Of a stretch of DNA of 64,000 nucleotides, positions 29,166 to 41,310 are shown piece after piece (position 1 is the first letter of the stretch; each line of letters opens with the position of its first letter). Below the pieces are notes generated by a model. It was given only the letters and a program-made list of their open reading frames with translations, made no database searches and was not told where the DNA came from. The stretch comes from an uncultured Gemmatimonadales bacterium (GTDB lineage: Bacteria > Gemmatimonadota > Gemmatimonadetes > Longimicrobiales > RSA9). Both the position numbers and the translations under genes were made by a program. The DNA lies in NCBI GenBank assembly GCA_963798845.1, contig CAWCUS010000001.1, forward strand, positions 96,001-160,000, given 5' to 3'.

Positions 29166-30436
29166 GCGCCAAGTGCTTCGAGCGGGACTTCCCGCTCCTC
29201 TCCGGTGCCCATCGACCGGATCACGGCCACACCCCGCTCCGCCTCTTCCGGCCCCAGCACGATGGCTTCGCGGGCGCTGCGCACGTCCGCGTCCCGGAAC
29301 TGCTTCCCCACCCCGATCTGACGCAGCGTGTACGTCACCGAGTGACCCCTCGCGCGCAGCCGCCTCGCCAGTCGGCGCATGGTGGGCCGCTGCGCCTCCG
29401 TGATCGTCACGATGAAGTAGTCGGGTCCCGGGACGGCTTCCGGAAGGAGCCCGCGATCGCGCAGCAGGTCGCTCAGGACCACGTCGCCCATGCCGAAGCC
29501 CACCGCAGGCAGCGACAGGTCGCTCACCGCGCCCAGAAGGTCGTCGTAGCGGCCACCGCCGCAGATCGCCCGTAGCTCGCCACGGCGGTCGAAGATCTCG
29601 AACACCGTCCCGGTGTAGTACGCCAGCCCGCGGACGATGGTAGGGTCGAACTGAACGTGCCCGGACCAGCCGAGGTCGTCCAGGAGACCGAAATACTCGC
29701 GTAAGCGGTCGATGTCGGCGGCGAGCGCGTCGTCTCCCGCCGCGCCTGCGCCAAGGCCGTCCAGGTCCGAGCGCAACAGATCCAGCACCGCGTCCACCAC
29801 CGCCGGCGTGAGGCCCGCCGACTCCCTCAGCCGGCGCCGCGTCTCCTGCTCGTCCTCGCGGCTCATCTTGTCGATGGCCGTGTAGGTGGCCGCCAGCCGG
29901 TCCCGTGGAACGCCGCTGTTGGTGAGCACGCGCTCCAGCAGCCGGCGATCGTTGATCCGGGCGACGACGTCCTCGGCCGTAAGCCCCAGCGTCGCCAGCG
30001 AGTCCAATGCCACCGAGAGCACTTCCGCATCCGCCGCCACGTCCGGCTCGCCGATGATGTCCGCGTTCCACTGGAAGTGCTCGCGCAGCCGGCCCCGCTG
30101 CGTGCGCTCGTAGCGGAAAAGCTGAGGGATGGTGAACCACCGGATCGGCTTCGGCAGCGAGCGCCCTCGCTCGCCGACCATGCGCGCGAGGGTGGGCGTC
30201 ATCTCCGGGCGAAGCGCGACCGCGCGACCACCCTTGTCCTCGAAGGTGTACAGCTGCTCGACGATCTCCTCGCCACTCTTCTCCACGTACAGCTCCAGCG
30301 ACTCCAGCGGCGGACCGTCATACTCCTCGAAGCCGTAGCGGCGGGCGGTGGCGCGCCACGCGGACGCGATGTGGTGGCGGGCCGCGTAATCGGCCGGGAA
30401 GAAATCGCGGAAACCGGGCAGGCTCTGGAACGTCAT
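29162..30436 (-). CDS. hisS: Histidine--tRNA ligase
   Basis: GFRDF, LRPEMT, FRYERTQRGRLREHFQ, VRGLAYYTG, GGGRYD. Confidence 0.97.
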   Translation of the reverse strand: MTFQSLPGFRDFFPADYAARHHIASAWRATARRYGFEEYDGPPLESLELYVEKSGEEIVEQLYTFEDKGGRAVALRPEMTPTLARMVGERGRSLPKPIRWFTIPQLFRYERTQRGRLREHFQWNADIIGEPDVAADAEVLSVALDSLATLGLTAEDVVARINDRRLLERVLTNSGVPRDRLAATYTAIDKMSREDEQETRRRLRESAGLTPAVVDAVLDLLRSDLDGLGAGAAGDDALAADIDRLREYFGLLDDLGWSGHVQFDPTIVRGLAYYTGTVFEIFDRRGELRAICGGGRYDDLLGAVSDLSLPAVGFGMGDVVLSDLLRDRGLLPEAVPGPDYFIVTITEAQRPTMRRLARRLRARGHSVTYTLRQIGVGKQFRDADVRSAREAIVLGPEEAERGVAVIRSMGTGEEREVPLEALGA

Positions 30437-30445
30437 CGGCCGAAC

Positions 30446-31762
30446 CTATCCCGCGGCCGCCCCCGGCTGCAACCCCGGATCAGGGCCGAAGGGGGCGATC
30501 CCGAGGGCCCGCATGGCGTCTCCAACGGTGTGGACGGAGCCGGTGCAGACGACCGTTCCCGCGCCGGCTTCCGCCGACGCCTCGGCGAGGGCCGTCGCGA
30601 AAGGCCGGACCACACGGACTCCGGCGGGGTGGCCGAGTCGCGAGAGCACGGCCTCCGGCTCCCAACGCCGCTCCGCCGGCGCCGATGGCGGCTCGACCAG
30701 CAGCGCCCCGTCCGTGTGCCCGAACAGCGGAGGGAGCATGCGGTCCCAGTCCTTGTCGCCCAGGATGCCGACCACGGCCATCAGCGGCCGCGGAAGGCGG
30801 AGATCGGCAAGGGCCGTGAGCAGAGACTCCATGCCGGGCGCGTTGTGGGCCACGTCGAATACCCACGTGGTGTCGCCGATCCGCTCCACCTGCAGACGGC
30901 CGGGCCAGCGGGTCCGGGCCACTCCGTCGATCACTGCCGCGCGGCCCGGCCGCAGCGGGGGCGGCAGGAGCTCGAGCGCGCGGACGGCCACGGCCAGGTT
31001 CGTCGCCTGGTGGCGGCCGGCGAGGGGAACGCGCAGCGATAGGTCGCCCCAGGACGTCGGGATCAGGGCGCTGGTCCCCAGCACATCGCCGCCCACGAGC
31101 TTCGCGGCCACCCGGTGCACGGGCGCGCCTACTTCCGCCGCCCGCCCTTCCAGCACGCCCAGGACATCCGGGTCCACCTCGCCGGTCACCAGCGGGACGC
31201 CCGCCTTGATGATTCCCGCCTTCTCCCTCGCGATCGTTCGGGGGTCGTCGCCGAGGTACTGGGCGTGGTCCATCCCCACGTTCGTGATCACGGTGACATC
31301 CGGGTCGACCACGTTCGTCGAGTCGAGCCGCCCGCCCATCCCCACCTCCACCACTGCCACATCGACCTCGGCCCGCCGCAGCGCCAGGAACGCGATCACG
31401 GTCGCCGCCTCGAAGAAGGACGGCGACTCCGCCTCGATCAGAGGCCAGAGCGCGGTGGCGGCATCGAGAAGATCTGCCTGGTGGATGGGCCGCCCGTCCA
31501 CCTGGATGCGCTCCCGGAACTCGACCAGGTGCGGGGATGTGTAGAGCCCGGTGCGCAGGCCGGCTCGTCGCAGGACCGACTCCACCATGGCGGCCACGGA
31601 TCCCTTCCCGTTGGTCCCGCCGATGTGGACGACATGATAGGCGCCGTGCGGATCGCCCACGCTGGCCAGCATGCGCCGTGTGCGGTCGAGCCCCCAGCGT
31701 ATCCCTCCCCGTAAGCGCGGGAAGAGGGTGTCGATGAGGGCGCTGTACGAGAGCTCGGTCAA
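30446..31762 (-). CDS. folC: Folylpolyglutamate synthase / dihydrofolate synthase
   Basis: [48 protein letters not shown] start coupled to accD stop. Confidence 0.96.
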   Translation of the reverse strand: MTELSYSALIDTLFPRLRGGIRWGLDRTRRMLASVGDPHGAYHVVHIGGTNGKGSVAAMVESVLRRAGLRTGLYTSPHLVEFRERIQVDGRPIHQADLLDAATALWPLIEAESPSFFEAATVIAFLALRRAEVDVAVVEVGMGGRLDSTNVVDPDVTVITNVGMDHAQYLGDDPRTIAREKAGIIKAGVPLVTGEVDPDVLGVLEGRAAEVGAPVHRVAAKLVGGDVLGTSALIPTSWGDLSLRVPLAGRHQATNLAVAVRALELLPPPLRPGRAAVIDGVARTRWPGRLQVERIGDTTWVFDVAHNAPGMESLLTALADLRLPRPLMAVVGILGDKDWDRMLPPLFGHTDGALLVEPPSAPAERRWEPEAVLSRLGHPAGVRVVRPFATALAEASAEAGAGTVVCTGSVHTVGDAMRALGIAPFGPDPGLQPGAAAG

Positions 31763-32628
31763 GCGCTCTCCGCGACCTCGGACGGAGGCAGCCCCAGCAT
31801 GTGCCGCAGGTACCCGGCCACCCTCGCCTTCATGGCCCGGCGGTCCACGATGGCGTCCACCATCCCGTGCTCCAGGAGGAACTCGGCGCGCTGGAAGCCC
31901 TCCGGCAGCTCCTGACGGATGGTCTGCTCGATCACGCGGGGGCCGGCGAAACCGATGAGCGCGCCCGGCTCGGCGATGTTCACGTCCCCGAGCATGGCGT
32001 ACGAGGCGGTCACGCCGCCCGTGGTGGGGTTCGTCAGGATGGAGATGAAGGGGAGGTGCGCTTCGTGGAGCCGGGCCAGTGCCGCCGAGGTCTTCGCCAT
32101 CTGCATCAGGGAGAGAATCCCCTCCATCATCCGGGCCCCGCCCGATGCGCTCACCACGATGAGCGGCTCGGACTCGGCCAGCGCGCGGCGGCCGGCGCGC
32201 GTGATCTTCTCCCCCACCACGGAGCCCATGCTGCCGCCGATGAAGGCGAAGTCCATCACCGCCAGGTCCACCGCGATCCCGTCCAGCTCGCCGTAGCCGG
32301 TGATCACGGCTTCGTTCCGGCCCGTCTTGCGCTCCGCGCTCCGTAGCCGCTCGGTGTACGGCTTCAGGTCACGGAAGCCGAGCGGGTCCGCGCTTCGCAT
32401 GCGGGGCTCCGTCTCCGTGAAACTGTCCTCGTCCAGGAGCAGATCCACGTAGTCGCTGGCCACGATGCGATGATGGTGACCGCACGCGGGACAGACGAAC
32501 AGGTTCTGCGCCAGCCTGTTGCGGTACAGGATCTCGCCGCAGTTCGGGCACTTGTCGAAGACGTCGCTCGGCAGCTCGCGCTTGTCCGCGGAAGTGAGCT
32601 TCTGCTTTTCCTTCCGGAACCAGGCCAT
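31759..32628 (-). CDS. accD: Acetyl-CoA carboxylase carboxyltransferase beta subunit
   Basis: CxxC...CxxC finger, [39 protein letters not shown] 32628 overlaps rodA stop. Confidence 0.97.
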   Translation of the reverse strand: MAWFRKEKQKLTSADKRELPSDVFDKCPNCGEILYRNRLAQNLFVCPACGHHHRIVASDYVDLLLDEDSFTETEPRMRSADPLGFRDLKPYTERLRSAERKTGRNEAVITGYGELDGIAVDLAVMDFAFIGGSMGSVVGEKITRAGRRALAESEPLIVVSASGGARMMEGILSLMQMAKTSAALARLHEAHLPFISILTNPTTGGVTASYAMLGDVNIAEPGALIGFAGPRVIEQTIRQELPEGFQRAEFLLEHGMVDAIVDRRAMKARVAGYLRHMLGLPPSEVAESA

Positions 32629-33875
32629 CAGTACATCCTCGCCTGCTCGGCTGCGATGCGCTGCGCGAGTCCCATCGCCAGGAAGCTCGCCAGCAGGAAC
32701 GACCCGCCGTAGCTGAGGAACGGCAGCGGAATCCCCGTCACGGGCATCACGCCGATCGTCATGCCGACATTCACGAGGATGTGTGCGAACCAGGCCCCGA
32801 AGATACCGAACACCGCAATGCCGGCAAAGGGGTCCGACACCCGCTCGGCAATGCGCGCCAGCCGCCACAGGACCAGTCCGAAAGCCAGCAGGACGAGCGC
32901 CGTGCCGACGAACCCCAGCTCTTCGCCGAGAACGCTGAAGATGAAATCCGTGTGCTGCTCGGGCAGGAACGCGAGGCGCTTCTGCGTTCCCTGGAGAAAG
33001 CCCTTCCCGAGCAGTCCGCCGCTCCCGATGGCCACCCGCGACTGGATCACGTTCCACCCCGCGCCGCGCGGGTCGACCATCGGGTCCAGGAACACCTCCA
33101 GCCTGGCTTTCTGGTACGGCTCGAGGGAGTTCCACAACGGCACCGCGATGGTGCCGGCCGCCAGGTTGGCACCTGCCACCAGCGCGCTCTCCCACAGGTA
33201 GAGCCGGTAGAAATAGAGGAAGGCGATGATGCCGAGCATGTAGGCGCTGAACACCCACGTCTGGAACGCGAGGAACAGCGCCACCAGGGGACTCACGAAC
33301 AGGAAGAGGATCCCTCCCGGCGTGCCTGCCCAGAAGAGGGTGGCCAGGAGCACCGCACCGAAAACCATGGCCGTGCCGAGGTCCGGCTGCAGGAGCACCA
33401 GCCCGAGCGGGATCGCCACGATGAGCACCGGCTTCCAGAGCGCGGCCAGCGAGCGTGGAGGCTCTCGCCAGCCACCCATCACCCGGGCGAGCATCAGGAT
33501 CGTGGCCAGGTTGGCGAACTGCGCGGGCTGGATGCTCAGACCGCCGAAGCGGAGCCAGCTCTTCACCCCCTGCGCCGTACCGGCGCCGGTGCCGATGACG
33601 AGCGTGAGCGCCAGCACCGCGAGGCTCAGGAAGTAGAGCGGTATCGCGGCCCACTCGAACCACTTGACCTCGATCCGCATGACCACGGCGAGGGCGACCA
33701 CGGAGGCGGCCAGGAACAACAGCTGCCGTTTCCAGGCATTCAGCACCGTCGGATTCGGCACGTCGACGCGGCCCGCGGAGAAGATCATGGCCACGCCCAG
33801 CAGCGCCAGCAGGAAGACGAGAACGAAGAGCGGAGGGTCTCCGAAGATGGCCCGGATCCGGTCGCCTATCGCCAT
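32628..33875 (-). CDS. rodA: Rod shape-determining SEDS glycosyltransferase RodA
   Basis: [41 protein letters not shown]; follows mrdA. Confidence 0.95.
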   Translation of the reverse strand: MAIGDRIRAIFGDPPLFVLVFLLALLGVAMIFSAGRVDVPNPTVLNAWKRQLLFLAASVVALAVVMRIEVKWFEWAAIPLYFLSLAVLALTLVIGTGAGTAQGVKSWLRFGGLSIQPAQFANLATILMLARVMGGWREPPRSLAALWKPVLIVAIPLGLVLLQPDLGTAMVFGAVLLATLFWAGTPGGILFLFVSPLVALFLAFQTWVFSAYMLGIIAFLYFYRLYLWESALVAGANLAAGTIAVPLWNSLEPYQKARLEVFLDPMVDPRGAGWNVIQSRVAIGSGGLLGKGFLQGTQKRLAFLPEQHTDFIFSVLGEELGFVGTALVLLAFGLVLWRLARIAERVSDPFAGIAVFGIFGAWFAHILVNVGMTIGVMPVTGIPLPFLSYGGSFLLASFLAMGLAQRIAAEQARMY

Positions 33876-35716
33876 CGGGCCGCCCAGGGGGCGTACCGCC
33901 CCGATTCCCAGTGCTCCCGCAGCGTCTGTATGGTGTCCGTCGGCATCCCGTGCTTCTTTCGCAAGTAGTAGTCCGCGGCTTTCGCCGCGATCTGCGCCAC
34001 GTCGGAGCCGTGCCGCCCGCCCTCGATGATCACGGCCACGACGATCTGCGCCGGCGCACCCGGGGGTCCACCAATGCCCACGAACCAGCCGTGGTCCGGA
34101 CCGTGCGGGTTCTGCGCCGTACCCGTCTTCCCAAGCCAGTCCCAGTGCTCCAGCGCCGAGCCGGACGCCGTGCCGCCCTGGTGGATGACGCGCCGCAATC
34201 CTTCCCGCAGCCATCCCAGGTTCTCGGCGGAAAGATGCAGGTTGATGGAGTCGGCCGGCACCGACGCGGGCGAGTCGGCGACGACGTGGGGCGCCGGTGC
34301 GGACCCGTTCGTCGCCAGCGCCGAGTAGAACTGCGCCATCTTCAGCACCGTCTGGTCGTCGGCGCCCTGCCCGATGGCGAGGCTCAACACCTCCGCTTCC
34401 GTGGGTGACCACCCGAACCTACGCTCGTACCACGAGCGCCCCGCCGGGAAGTTCCCCGCGCGCTCGGCCGGGAGGTCGACGCCCGTGCGCCGGCTGAAGC
34501 CGAGGCGCGTACCCTCCTCCAGCATGCGATCGAGACCGATCTGCAGCCCGAGCTGGTAGAAGTAGACGTCGCACGAGTGCATGATGGCATCCGGCAGCGT
34601 CAACAACCCGTGGCCGGCCGGGTCCCAGCAGCGGAAGTAGCGGTTCCCGTACCGCATTCCTCCGCGGCATGCCAGCGGCATCGTCGTTTTCGGCGTCACG
34701 ATGCCGAGCTCGAGCCCGATGGCGGCGGTCGCCAGCTTCCACGTCGAGCCCGGTGGGTAGAGCCCCGTCAGCGCACGGTTGAGCAGGCGCTTGGTGGAGT
34801 CCTGGATCAACGTGTCCCAGTGCGACGGCGACACATAGCCGACGAGGGCGTTCGGGTCGAACGGCGGGGAGGAGTACAGCGCGAGAACCTCGCCCGTTCG
34901 GGGGTCCAGCGCCGCGAGCGCGCCCCGCAGCGTGTCGGAGATGATGCGCGCGACGTAGGCCTGGAGGTCGGTGTCGACGGTGAGCGCCAGCCAATGGCCA
35001 GGGACCGGCGTCCGGTCGTGCTGCGTGGGCAGCTCGCCGCGAATTCGCCCCAGCGCATCCACCTCCAGGTACCGGACGCCGGCCAGGCCCGCCAGCCGAT
35101 CCTCGTACCCGCGCTCCACGCCGGTCTTCCCCACCAGCTGACCGGAGTGGTAGCCGGGGAAGACGGAGTCCGCCAGCTCTCCCTCGCTGATCTCGCCGAC
35201 GTACCCCACCAGGTGCGCGGCCGCGCGGCCCAGCGGGTAGCTCCGTTTCGGCCCCATCTCGATGAGCAGCTCCGGGAACGATGTCCGCCGCTCCTCGAGC
35301 GCCGACAGCTGGTCGAACGACAGATCCGCCGACACCACCAGCGGCTGCTGCGGTCGGCGACGCTGGCGCTGGATCAGCGCGTCCACGTCTTCGGGGCTCA
35401 ACCCGAGGTAGGGCACCAAACGGTGCAGCGTGCTGCGCAGTGAGTCCACGGGAGCGGGCAGGAGCGACAGGGTGTAGCCGGGCAGGTTCTCCGCCATGAT
35501 CCGGCCGTTCCGGTCCACGATGGTCCCGCGCGCTGCGGGCAGACCGATCGGCCGCAGCCGGTTCCGGTCCGACTGCATTGCATAGGCCGGGTTCCGGACC
35601 ACCTGCGCGTTGAAGAACGACAGGAGCAGTACGCCCAGGAGCGCGAACGTGGCTCCCAGCGCACCGCGGGCCCGGCGGCGCCGCTCGTGCAGATGAAATG
35701 TTTGAAGGTCCGGCAC
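33866..35716 (-). CDS. mrdA: Penicillin-binding protein 2
   Basis: RG.I.DRNG, STWK (SxxK), SCD, KTGTAQ; lies in the mre cluster. Confidence 0.95.
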   Translation of the reverse strand: MPDLQTFHLHERRRRARGALGATFALLGVLLLSFFNAQVVRNPAYAMQSDRNRLRPIGLPAARGTIVDRNGRIMAENLPGYTLSLLPAPVDSLRSTLHRLVPYLGLSPEDVDALIQRQRRRPQQPLVVSADLSFDQLSALEERRTSFPELLIEMGPKRSYPLGRAAAHLVGYVGEISEGELADSVFPGYHSGQLVGKTGVERGYEDRLAGLAGVRYLEVDALGRIRGELPTQHDRTPVPGHWLALTVDTDLQAYVARIISDTLRGALAALDPRTGEVLALYSSPPFDPNALVGYVSPSHWDTLIQDSTKRLLNRALTGLYPPGSTWKLATAAIGLELGIVTPKTTMPLACRGGMRYGNRYFRCWDPAGHGLLTLPDAIMHSCDVYFYQLGLQIGLDRMLEEGTRLGFSRRTGVDLPAERAGNFPAGRSWYERRFGWSPTEAEVLSLAIGQGADDQTVLKMAQFYSALATNGSAPAPHVVADSPASVPADSINLHLSAENLGWLREGLRRVIHQGGTASGSALEHWDWLGKTGTAQNPHGPDHGWFVGIGGPPGAPAQIVVAVIIEGGRHGSDVAQIAAKAADYYLRKKHGMPTDTIQTLREHWESGRYAPWAARWR

Positions 35717-35741
35717 GCTACCGCACGGTGCGTCGGGGCGG

Positions 35742-36215
35742 CTAGCGCCGGATCGATCGGTAGACCATCACCGCGACCACGCCGGCTGCAGCCGAATACA
35801 GGGACCAGAGAGGGGCCGAAACCAGCAGCGAACTCACCGCGCCGCTCCGGCGAGACCCCTCCGCCAGGAGGTAGTATAGCGCGTCCCGCAGCCAGCAGCC
35901 CAGGAACAGGTAGGCGCCGAGGAAGATCGTGGTCTCCCCGACGAACAGGTCACGGGATCGGGCGCCCAGGTACCCCGTCACCGTCTCCGCCGCCGCGGCG
36001 GCCCCGAACGCCACCACGGAGACCGCGTCCTCCAGAAGGCCGAGGGCGAACCCCAGGGCGGCCGCCCCACCTCCCGGGAGCTGCCGCGCGCCCAGCAGCA
36101 CTGCCACGGTGAGGAGATCGGGCGCCCGGGCTCCCAGCCCCAGGCTGAGGTGCAGCAGGAAGTGCAGCACCAGCAGGCCCACGATCATCGCCCAGAACGG
36201 CCAGCCCCCCTTCAC
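35742..36215 (-). CDS. mreD: Rod shape-determining protein MreD
   Basis: Hydrophobic; PDLL and GF.LGLLED motifs; GTG overlaps the mreC stop; position in cluster. Confidence 0.88.
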   Translation of the reverse strand: MKGGWPFWAMIVGLLVLHFLLHLSLGLGARAPDLLTVAVLLGARQLPGGGAAALGFALGLLEDAVSVVAFGAAAAAETVTGYLGARSRDLFVGETTIFLGAYLFLGCWLRDALYYLLAEGSRRSGAVSSLLVSAPLWSLYSAAAGVVAVMVYRSIRR

Positions 36216-37099
36216 TGTCCCCCTCTTCCATCGGCGCTGTCCGCCAGCGGCAGGCCCGAGCTCCACAGGCCGGTCAGGTCACCGTCACCGCGAGCCGTGC
36301 TCAGGCCCACCAGCACGTGGGTCACCGCCTCCGGCCGCACGGCCGGGCGCAGGAGATAGCTCTTTCGCCACCCCGTGTCCGCCTCCTCGATCCCGAGCAC
36401 GGTCCCCAGCAGGATCCCGCGTGGGTAGACACCCCCGCGTCCTGACGTGACGATCCGGGTTCCCGGCTGCACGTCCACGTGGAAGGGGGCGCCCACCAGC
36501 GCGAGCTCGTCCTCCTCACGGTATTCCCCGCGCCGGGACTCGACGATTCCGTACGCCTCGCCGTCTGCGGTCATGGCGCTCGCCCGGAAGTCCGGGTGCG
36601 TCCAGTCGATCCCCTGCGACCAGCTCGGTCCCACTTCCTGGACCACGCCCAGCAGGCCGGACGATGCCACCACCGGGCTTCCGACGACCACCCCGTCCTC
36701 CCGCCCCACGTCCAGAAGGAAGCCGCTCTCGCCACCCACCGTCCCCACCCGGACGACCTCGGCCGGCACGAACGACTTCGGCGCCCGTTCCCGCAGTCCG
36801 AGCAGCTGACGCAGGCGACGGTTCTCCTCGGCGAGGCTCGCCTGCGCCGCCACCACCACCAGCAGCGAGTCCCGTTGGGCACGCAGCGCCGTCACGTCCA
36901 CGGAGCGAACCCCGCTCTTCACCAGCCGCGCCTGCGTCCATATGAACGGACGCAGGACGGTGGACTGCACCCCGTGTCGGATGGTCGTGCGGTAGCCCGG
37001 GGGGAGGAACATCAGGAAGAGGGCCAGCACCAGGAGCGCCGCCGCGGCACCCATCTCCCGCCAGCGGCCGCGGGGTTTCCGATCGAAGTAATCGACCAC
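36212..37099 (-). CDS. mreC: Rod shape-determining protein MreC
   Basis: TM, coiled coil, ENRRLRQLLGL, G..DGV..G.PV, TSG.GG.YP.G. Confidence 0.93.
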   Translation of the reverse strand: MVDYFDRKPRGRWREMGAAAALLVLALFLMFLPPGYRTTIRHGVQSTVLRPFIWTQARLVKSGVRSVDVTALRAQRDSLLVVVAAQASLAEENRRLRQLLGLRERAPKSFVPAEVVRVGTVGGESGFLLDVGREDGVVVGSPVVASSGLLGVVQEVGPSWSQGIDWTHPDFRASAMTADGEAYGIVESRRGEYREEDELALVGAPFHVDVQPGTRIVTSGRGGVYPRGILLGTVLGIEEADTGWRKSYLLRPAVRPEAVTHVLVGLSTARGDGDLTGLWSSGLPLADSADGRGGQ

Positions 37100-37115
37100 G
37101 TGGCTGCGACGCCGC

Positions 37116-38147
37116 TCAGGCGGCCAGAACGCTTCGGTAGCGCGGCAGGTCGTCGAGGATGCGCCCTGCCCCGCGCACCACGCACGTCAGCGGCTCCTCG
37201 TCCACGTGGATCGGGAGGTTGGTCTCGTGCGCGAGTAGCTGGTCCAACCCCCGGATCAGCGCCCCTCCGCCCGTCATGATGATGCCCCGATCCACGATGT
37301 CGGAAGCCAGCTCGGGAGGTGTGATCTCCAGGGCACGCCGGACCGCATCGACGATCTGCTGGATCGGCTCCTGGATGCACTCCCGGATCTCCTGCGAGTG
37401 CACCCGCACCGTCTTCGGGATTCCGCTGACCAGGTCCCTCCCCTTCACTTCCATCTCCCGCTCCTCGCCGCTCGTGAACGCGGAGCCGATCTGGATCTTG
37501 ATCGCCTCCGCCGTGGGCTCCCCGATCAGCAGGTTGTAGTTCTTCCTCAGGAACGTGACGATGGCGCTGTCGATTTCGTCCCCACCAACCCGGATCGAGG
37601 TGTCGCTCACGATTCCGTTGAGCGCGATCACTGCAATTTCCGTGGTGCCGCCCCCGATATCGATCACCATGTTACCGGTGGGCGTGTCCACGGGGAGCCC
37701 GACGCCGATCGCCGCCGCCATCGGCTCCGCCACCATGTACACTTCCTTCGCGCCCGCCGCGGCCGCGCTGGAGCGGACGGCCCGGCGCTCCAGCTCCGTG
37801 ATCCCGGACGGTACGCCCACCACCACGCGCGGCTTGATCCGGAAGATCCGCTTGGATGTGACCTGCCGCAGGAAATGGCGCAGCATCACTTCCGTGATGT
37901 CCACGTCGGCGATCACACCGTCCTTGAGCGGACGGATGGCGATGATCCCCTCTGGCGTACGGCCCAGCATCCGCTTGGCCTCCAGCCCGATCCCCTTGAT
38001 CCTGCTGGTGCCCCGCTCCACGGCCACCACCGAGGGCTCGTTCAGGACGATTCCCTCACCTTTGACGTAGACGAGCGTGTTGGCGGTCCCGAGATCTACG
38101 GCGATGTCGTTGACCGGGATGAGCCCGGCGGTCAGCCAGCTAGGCAG
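37116..38147 (-). CDS. mreB: Rod shape-determining actin homologue MreB
   Basis: DLGTANT, NEPSVVA, RPLKDGVIAD, EPMAAAIG, DIGGGTT, TGGGAL. Start uncertain: CTG 38147 behind GGGGAG, or GTG 38243. Confidence 0.96.
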   Translation of the reverse strand: MPSWLTAGLIPVNDIAVDLGTANTLVYVKGEGIVLNEPSVVAVERGTSRIKGIGLEAKRMLGRTPEGIIAIRPLKDGVIADVDITEVMLRHFLRQVTSKRIFRIKPRVVVGVPSGITELERRAVRSSAAAAGAKEVYMVAEPMAAAIGVGLPVDTPTGNMVIDIGGGTTEIAVIALNGIVSDTSIRVGGDEIDSAIVTFLRKNYNLLIGEPTAEAIKIQIGSAFTSGEEREMEVKGRDLVSGIPKTVRVHSQEIRECIQEPIQQIVDAVRRALEITPPELASDIVDRGIIMTGGGALIRGLDQLLAHETNLPIHVDEEPLTCVVRGAGRILDDLPRYRSVLAA

Positions 38148-38278
38148 TGGATCGTCTCCCCACCGGCGCAGAGCCGGTCCGTGTGTTGTGCCATGGATGC
38201 GCCCCGGTCGGAGCCCGAGCGGCCGGCTGCAAACTAGGCGCACTCCATTCCTTCGGCAAGCTGGTGATGGGCTTGTTT

Positions 38279-38746
38279 TTAGCGCCCCGTGCTGCCGAAT
38301 CCTCCGCTCCCGCGCTCCGTCTCCGGGAGCGACTCCGCCTCCTCCCACCGGATTCGCACCACGCGCGCGAGCACGAGCTGGGCTACCCTCTCGCCGTGGG
38401 CAATCTCCTGCGGACCCGCGTCGTGGTTGATCACCGGGACCTTCAGTTCTCCGCGGTAGTCGCTGTCGATCGTACCTGGGGAGTTGATCAGACCGATGCC
38501 GCGGCGGATCGCCAGCCCCGAGCGCGGCCGGACCTGCGCCTCCATTCCCGACGGCAGCGCGATGGCCAGCCCCGTGGGCACGAGCACCCGCTCCCCCGGC
38601 CCCAGCATCAGCCCCGGCCCCACGTTGCGCAGGTCCACCGCCGCCGCGCCCGGGGTCGCGTACTCCGGCAGCCCCCACTCCTGCGGGTAATGCGGCAGCC
38701 GCCGCACCTGCACCCGCGCCGCTTCGTCTCGCGCCTCTGCGTCCAC
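38279..38746 (-). CDS. dut: dUTP diphosphatase
   Basis: AAAVDL, RPRSGLA, NSPGTIDSDYRGE, RVAQL, RGSGGFGSTG; GGGAGG 8 nt before GTG 38746. Confidence 0.96.
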   Translation of the reverse strand: MDAEARDEAARVQVRRLPHYPQEWGLPEYATPGAAAVDLRNVGPGLMLGPGERVLVPTGLAIALPSGMEAQVRPRSGLAIRRGIGLINSPGTIDSDYRGELKVPVINHDAGPQEIAHGERVAQLVLARVVRIRWEEAESLPETERGSGGFGSTGR

Positions 38747-38930
38747 CGTCACGACCTCCCTCCCGAATGCGGGACGGCGCCCCGGGGCGCGGCCAGCCGG
38801 CCGCCGTCCGGAGCGCCTTCTCCCCCGCCCCAGCCAGGCTCCCTCGACCCGACCGCCGGGGCCGGCTACGCGTGCGAGCCCGACCGTCGGTTCGACGACG
38901 GGCCCGGCGCCGATGTCGAGGGCGGGCTCG

Positions 38931-40043
38931 TCAGAGCACGTCCTCCACCGCGGTGTACTCCAGATCGAAAGCCTCGGCGACACCCGGATACGTGACCTTG
39001 CCGCGGACGACGTTCAGCCCGAGTGCCAGCGCACGGTCCTCGCGGCAGGCCTGCTCCCAGCCCTTGGCCGCCAGCTTGAACGCGTAGGGGAAGGTGGCGT
39101 TCGTGAGCGCCAGAGTGGACGTGCGCGCCACGCCGCCGGGCATGTTCGCCACCCCGTAGTGGATCACGCCGTCGATGGTGTAGATCGGGTTCTCGTGCGT
39201 GGTCGCCTTGATGGTCTCGACGCACCCGCCCTGGTCCACGGCCACGTCCACGATCACCGACCCGGCCTTCATCAGCTTCAGGTCCTCACGCCGCACCAGG
39301 TGCGGAGCACGGGCGCCCGGAAGCAGAACGGCCCCGATGAGGAGATCGGCTCGCTCGAGCCAGTTGAGAATGTTGTGGCGGTTGGAATACACCAGCTGAA
39401 CGTTCGCCGGCATCACCTCCGAGAGGTAGCGCAGGCGGTTCAGCGAGACGTCGAGCATGATGACCTGCGCGCCGAGACCCGCGGCCATCCTCGCCGCGTT
39501 CGTCCCGACCACCCCGCCACCCAGCACAACCACCGTGGCGGGCTCTACACCCGGAACGCCGCCCAGCAGCACGCCCCGGCCGCCGTGCAGCTTCTCCAGG
39601 TACTTCGCCCCCTCCTGCACCGCCATACGCCCCGCCACCTCGCTCATGGGCGTGAGCAGCGGCAGTTCGCCCGTGGGCAGCTGCACCGTCTCGTACGCGT
39701 TCGCAATGGCGCCCGAGTCGATCACCGCCGCCGTCAGCTCCTCGGCCGCGGCGAAGTGGAAGTAGGTGAACATGAGCTGCCCTTCGCGCATGCGCGGCCA
39801 CTCCACCTCGATGGGCTCCTTCACCTTGATGATCATGTCGGCCCGCTCCCAGACGTCGTCGGGCGTGTCCACCTGCTCGGCGCCCGTGGACACGTACTGC
39901 TCGTCCGTGAAGCCCGACCCCGTCCCGGCGCCCTTCTCCACCAGCACCGTGTGGCCCGCGTGCACCAGTGCCTCAGACCCGGCCGGCACCAGCGCCACCC
40001 GGTTCTCGTTCGTCTTGATCTCCTTCGGAACCCCAATGATCAT
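38931..40043 (-). CDS. ald: Alanine dehydrogenase
   Basis: [45 protein letters not shown]. Confidence 0.97.
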   Translation of the reverse strand: MIIGVPKEIKTNENRVALVPAGSEALVHAGHTVLVEKGAGTGSGFTDEQYVSTGAEQVDTPDDVWERADMIIKVKEPIEVEWPRMREGQLMFTYFHFAAAEELTAAVIDSGAIANAYETVQLPTGELPLLTPMSEVAGRMAVQEGAKYLEKLHGGRGVLLGGVPGVEPATVVVLGGGVVGTNAARMAAGLGAQVIMLDVSLNRLRYLSEVMPANVQLVYSNRHNILNWLERADLLIGAVLLPGARAPHLVRREDLKLMKAGSVIVDVAVDQGGCVETIKATTHENPIYTIDGVIHYGVANMPGGVARTSTLALTNATFPYAFKLAAKGWEQACREDRALALGLNVVRGKVTYPGVAEAFDLEYTAVEDVL

Positions 40044-40058
40044 CGCCCTCTGCTCCTG

Positions 40059-41297
40059 TTAATGGGCCGGGCCGAGCCGGACCGTCAGCCACTTCGCCGG
40101 GTCCAGGTGCGCGGCCGCGATCTCAGCCGTTTCAGCCTGCGTGACTGCATCAATGCGCGCCGTCAGCTCATCCACGCTCCGCTGCGGCTCGCCGTTCAGC
40201 TCCTGCATGGCCAGGCGGTGCATCCGGCCGCCGGGCGACTCCATCCCCAGCACCATCTGCCCTTTCACCTGCCCCTTCGCATCCGCCAGCTCGGCGGGCG
40301 AAAGTCCGTCCCGGACCAGCTCGCCCAGCTCCTGGCGGATCACCTCTACTGCCCGGTCCGCCCATTCCGGGCGCGTTCCCACGTAAACGCCCGCCGCGCC
40401 GGCGGCGCGGTAGAAGGACTGAAACGTGTACACCGAGTAGGCAAGGCCCAGCTCTTCTCGCACCCGCTGGAACAGGCGCGAGCTCATGCCGCCACCGAGG
40501 GCGTTCGACAGGAGGATCAGCCCGAAACGGCGCGGATCCGCGTGCGGGACCGTGCGGCCGCCCATGACGATCTGCGCCTGCGCGCCCTCCCGCTCGATCC
40601 GCTGCTCCGCCGGCTCCAGCGGCGGCGGCGGCGCCACGGGCGAAGGGTCCTGCCCGTTCGGCACGGTCTCGAACAATCGGGCGGCGGCGGCGACCATGGC
40701 CGCGTGATCCACGGCCCCGGCGGCAGCCAGCACCAGGTTCGGGCGGCGGTAGCGCGCCTCGTGCACCCGCCGGAGCATCTCGGCGGTCATCCCGCCGACC
40801 GTCTCGCGCGTCCCCAGGATGCTGTGGCCGTATGGGTGGTCCGGCCACAGGGCGTCATTGTGGAGCTCGAAGACCAGGTCGTCCGGCGTGTCCTCCACGG
40901 TCGAGATCTCCTCGAGCACCACCTCCCGCTCCAGCGCGAGGTCTTCCGGACGGAGCGCCGGAGAGGCCACCATGTCGGCCAGGACGTCCAGCGCCACTTC
41001 CGCGTGCTCCGCCAGCACCCGGGCCTGGAAGCTGGTGTGCTCCCGGGACGTGTAGGCGTCCAGCGACCCGCCCAGCCGCTCCAGCACCAGCGCGATGTCC
41101 CTGGCGCTGCGACGGCCGGTGCCCTTGAACACCATGTGCTCGAGCAGGTGCGCCGCCCCCTGCTCCGCCGGCGCCTCGTGCGCCGACCCGTACCGGACCC
41201 AAACGCCGACGGAGGCCGAGCGAACCCCTGACATGTGCTGGGTCAGGACGCTCAGGCCTCCGTCGAGTTGGCTCCGGTCGATGCGGTCGTCGCTCAA
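40059..41297 (-). CDS. M16B (pitrilysin-family) zinc peptidase
   Basis: HLLEH (HxxEH), [27 protein letters not shown] 41297 just after pnp. Confidence 0.93.
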   Translation of the reverse strand: MSDDRIDRSQLDGGLSVLTQHMSGVRSASVGVWVRYGSAHEAPAEQGAAHLLEHMVFKGTGRRSARDIALVLERLGGSLDAYTSREHTSFQARVLAEHAEVALDVLADMVASPALRPEDLALEREVVLEEISTVEDTPDDLVFELHNDALWPDHPYGHSILGTRETVGGMTAEMLRRVHEARYRRPNLVLAAAGAVDHAAMVAAAARLFETVPNGQDPSPVAPPPPLEPAEQRIEREGAQAQIVMGGRTVPHADPRRFGLILLSNALGGGMSSRLFQRVREELGLAYSVYTFQSFYRAAGAAGVYVGTRPEWADRAVEVIRQELGELVRDGLSPAELADAKGQVKGQMVLGMESPGGRMHRLAMQELNGEPQRSVDELTARIDAVTQAETAEIAAAHLDPAKWLTVRLGPAH

Positions 41298-41310
41298 CCG
41301 AACGCCCTCA

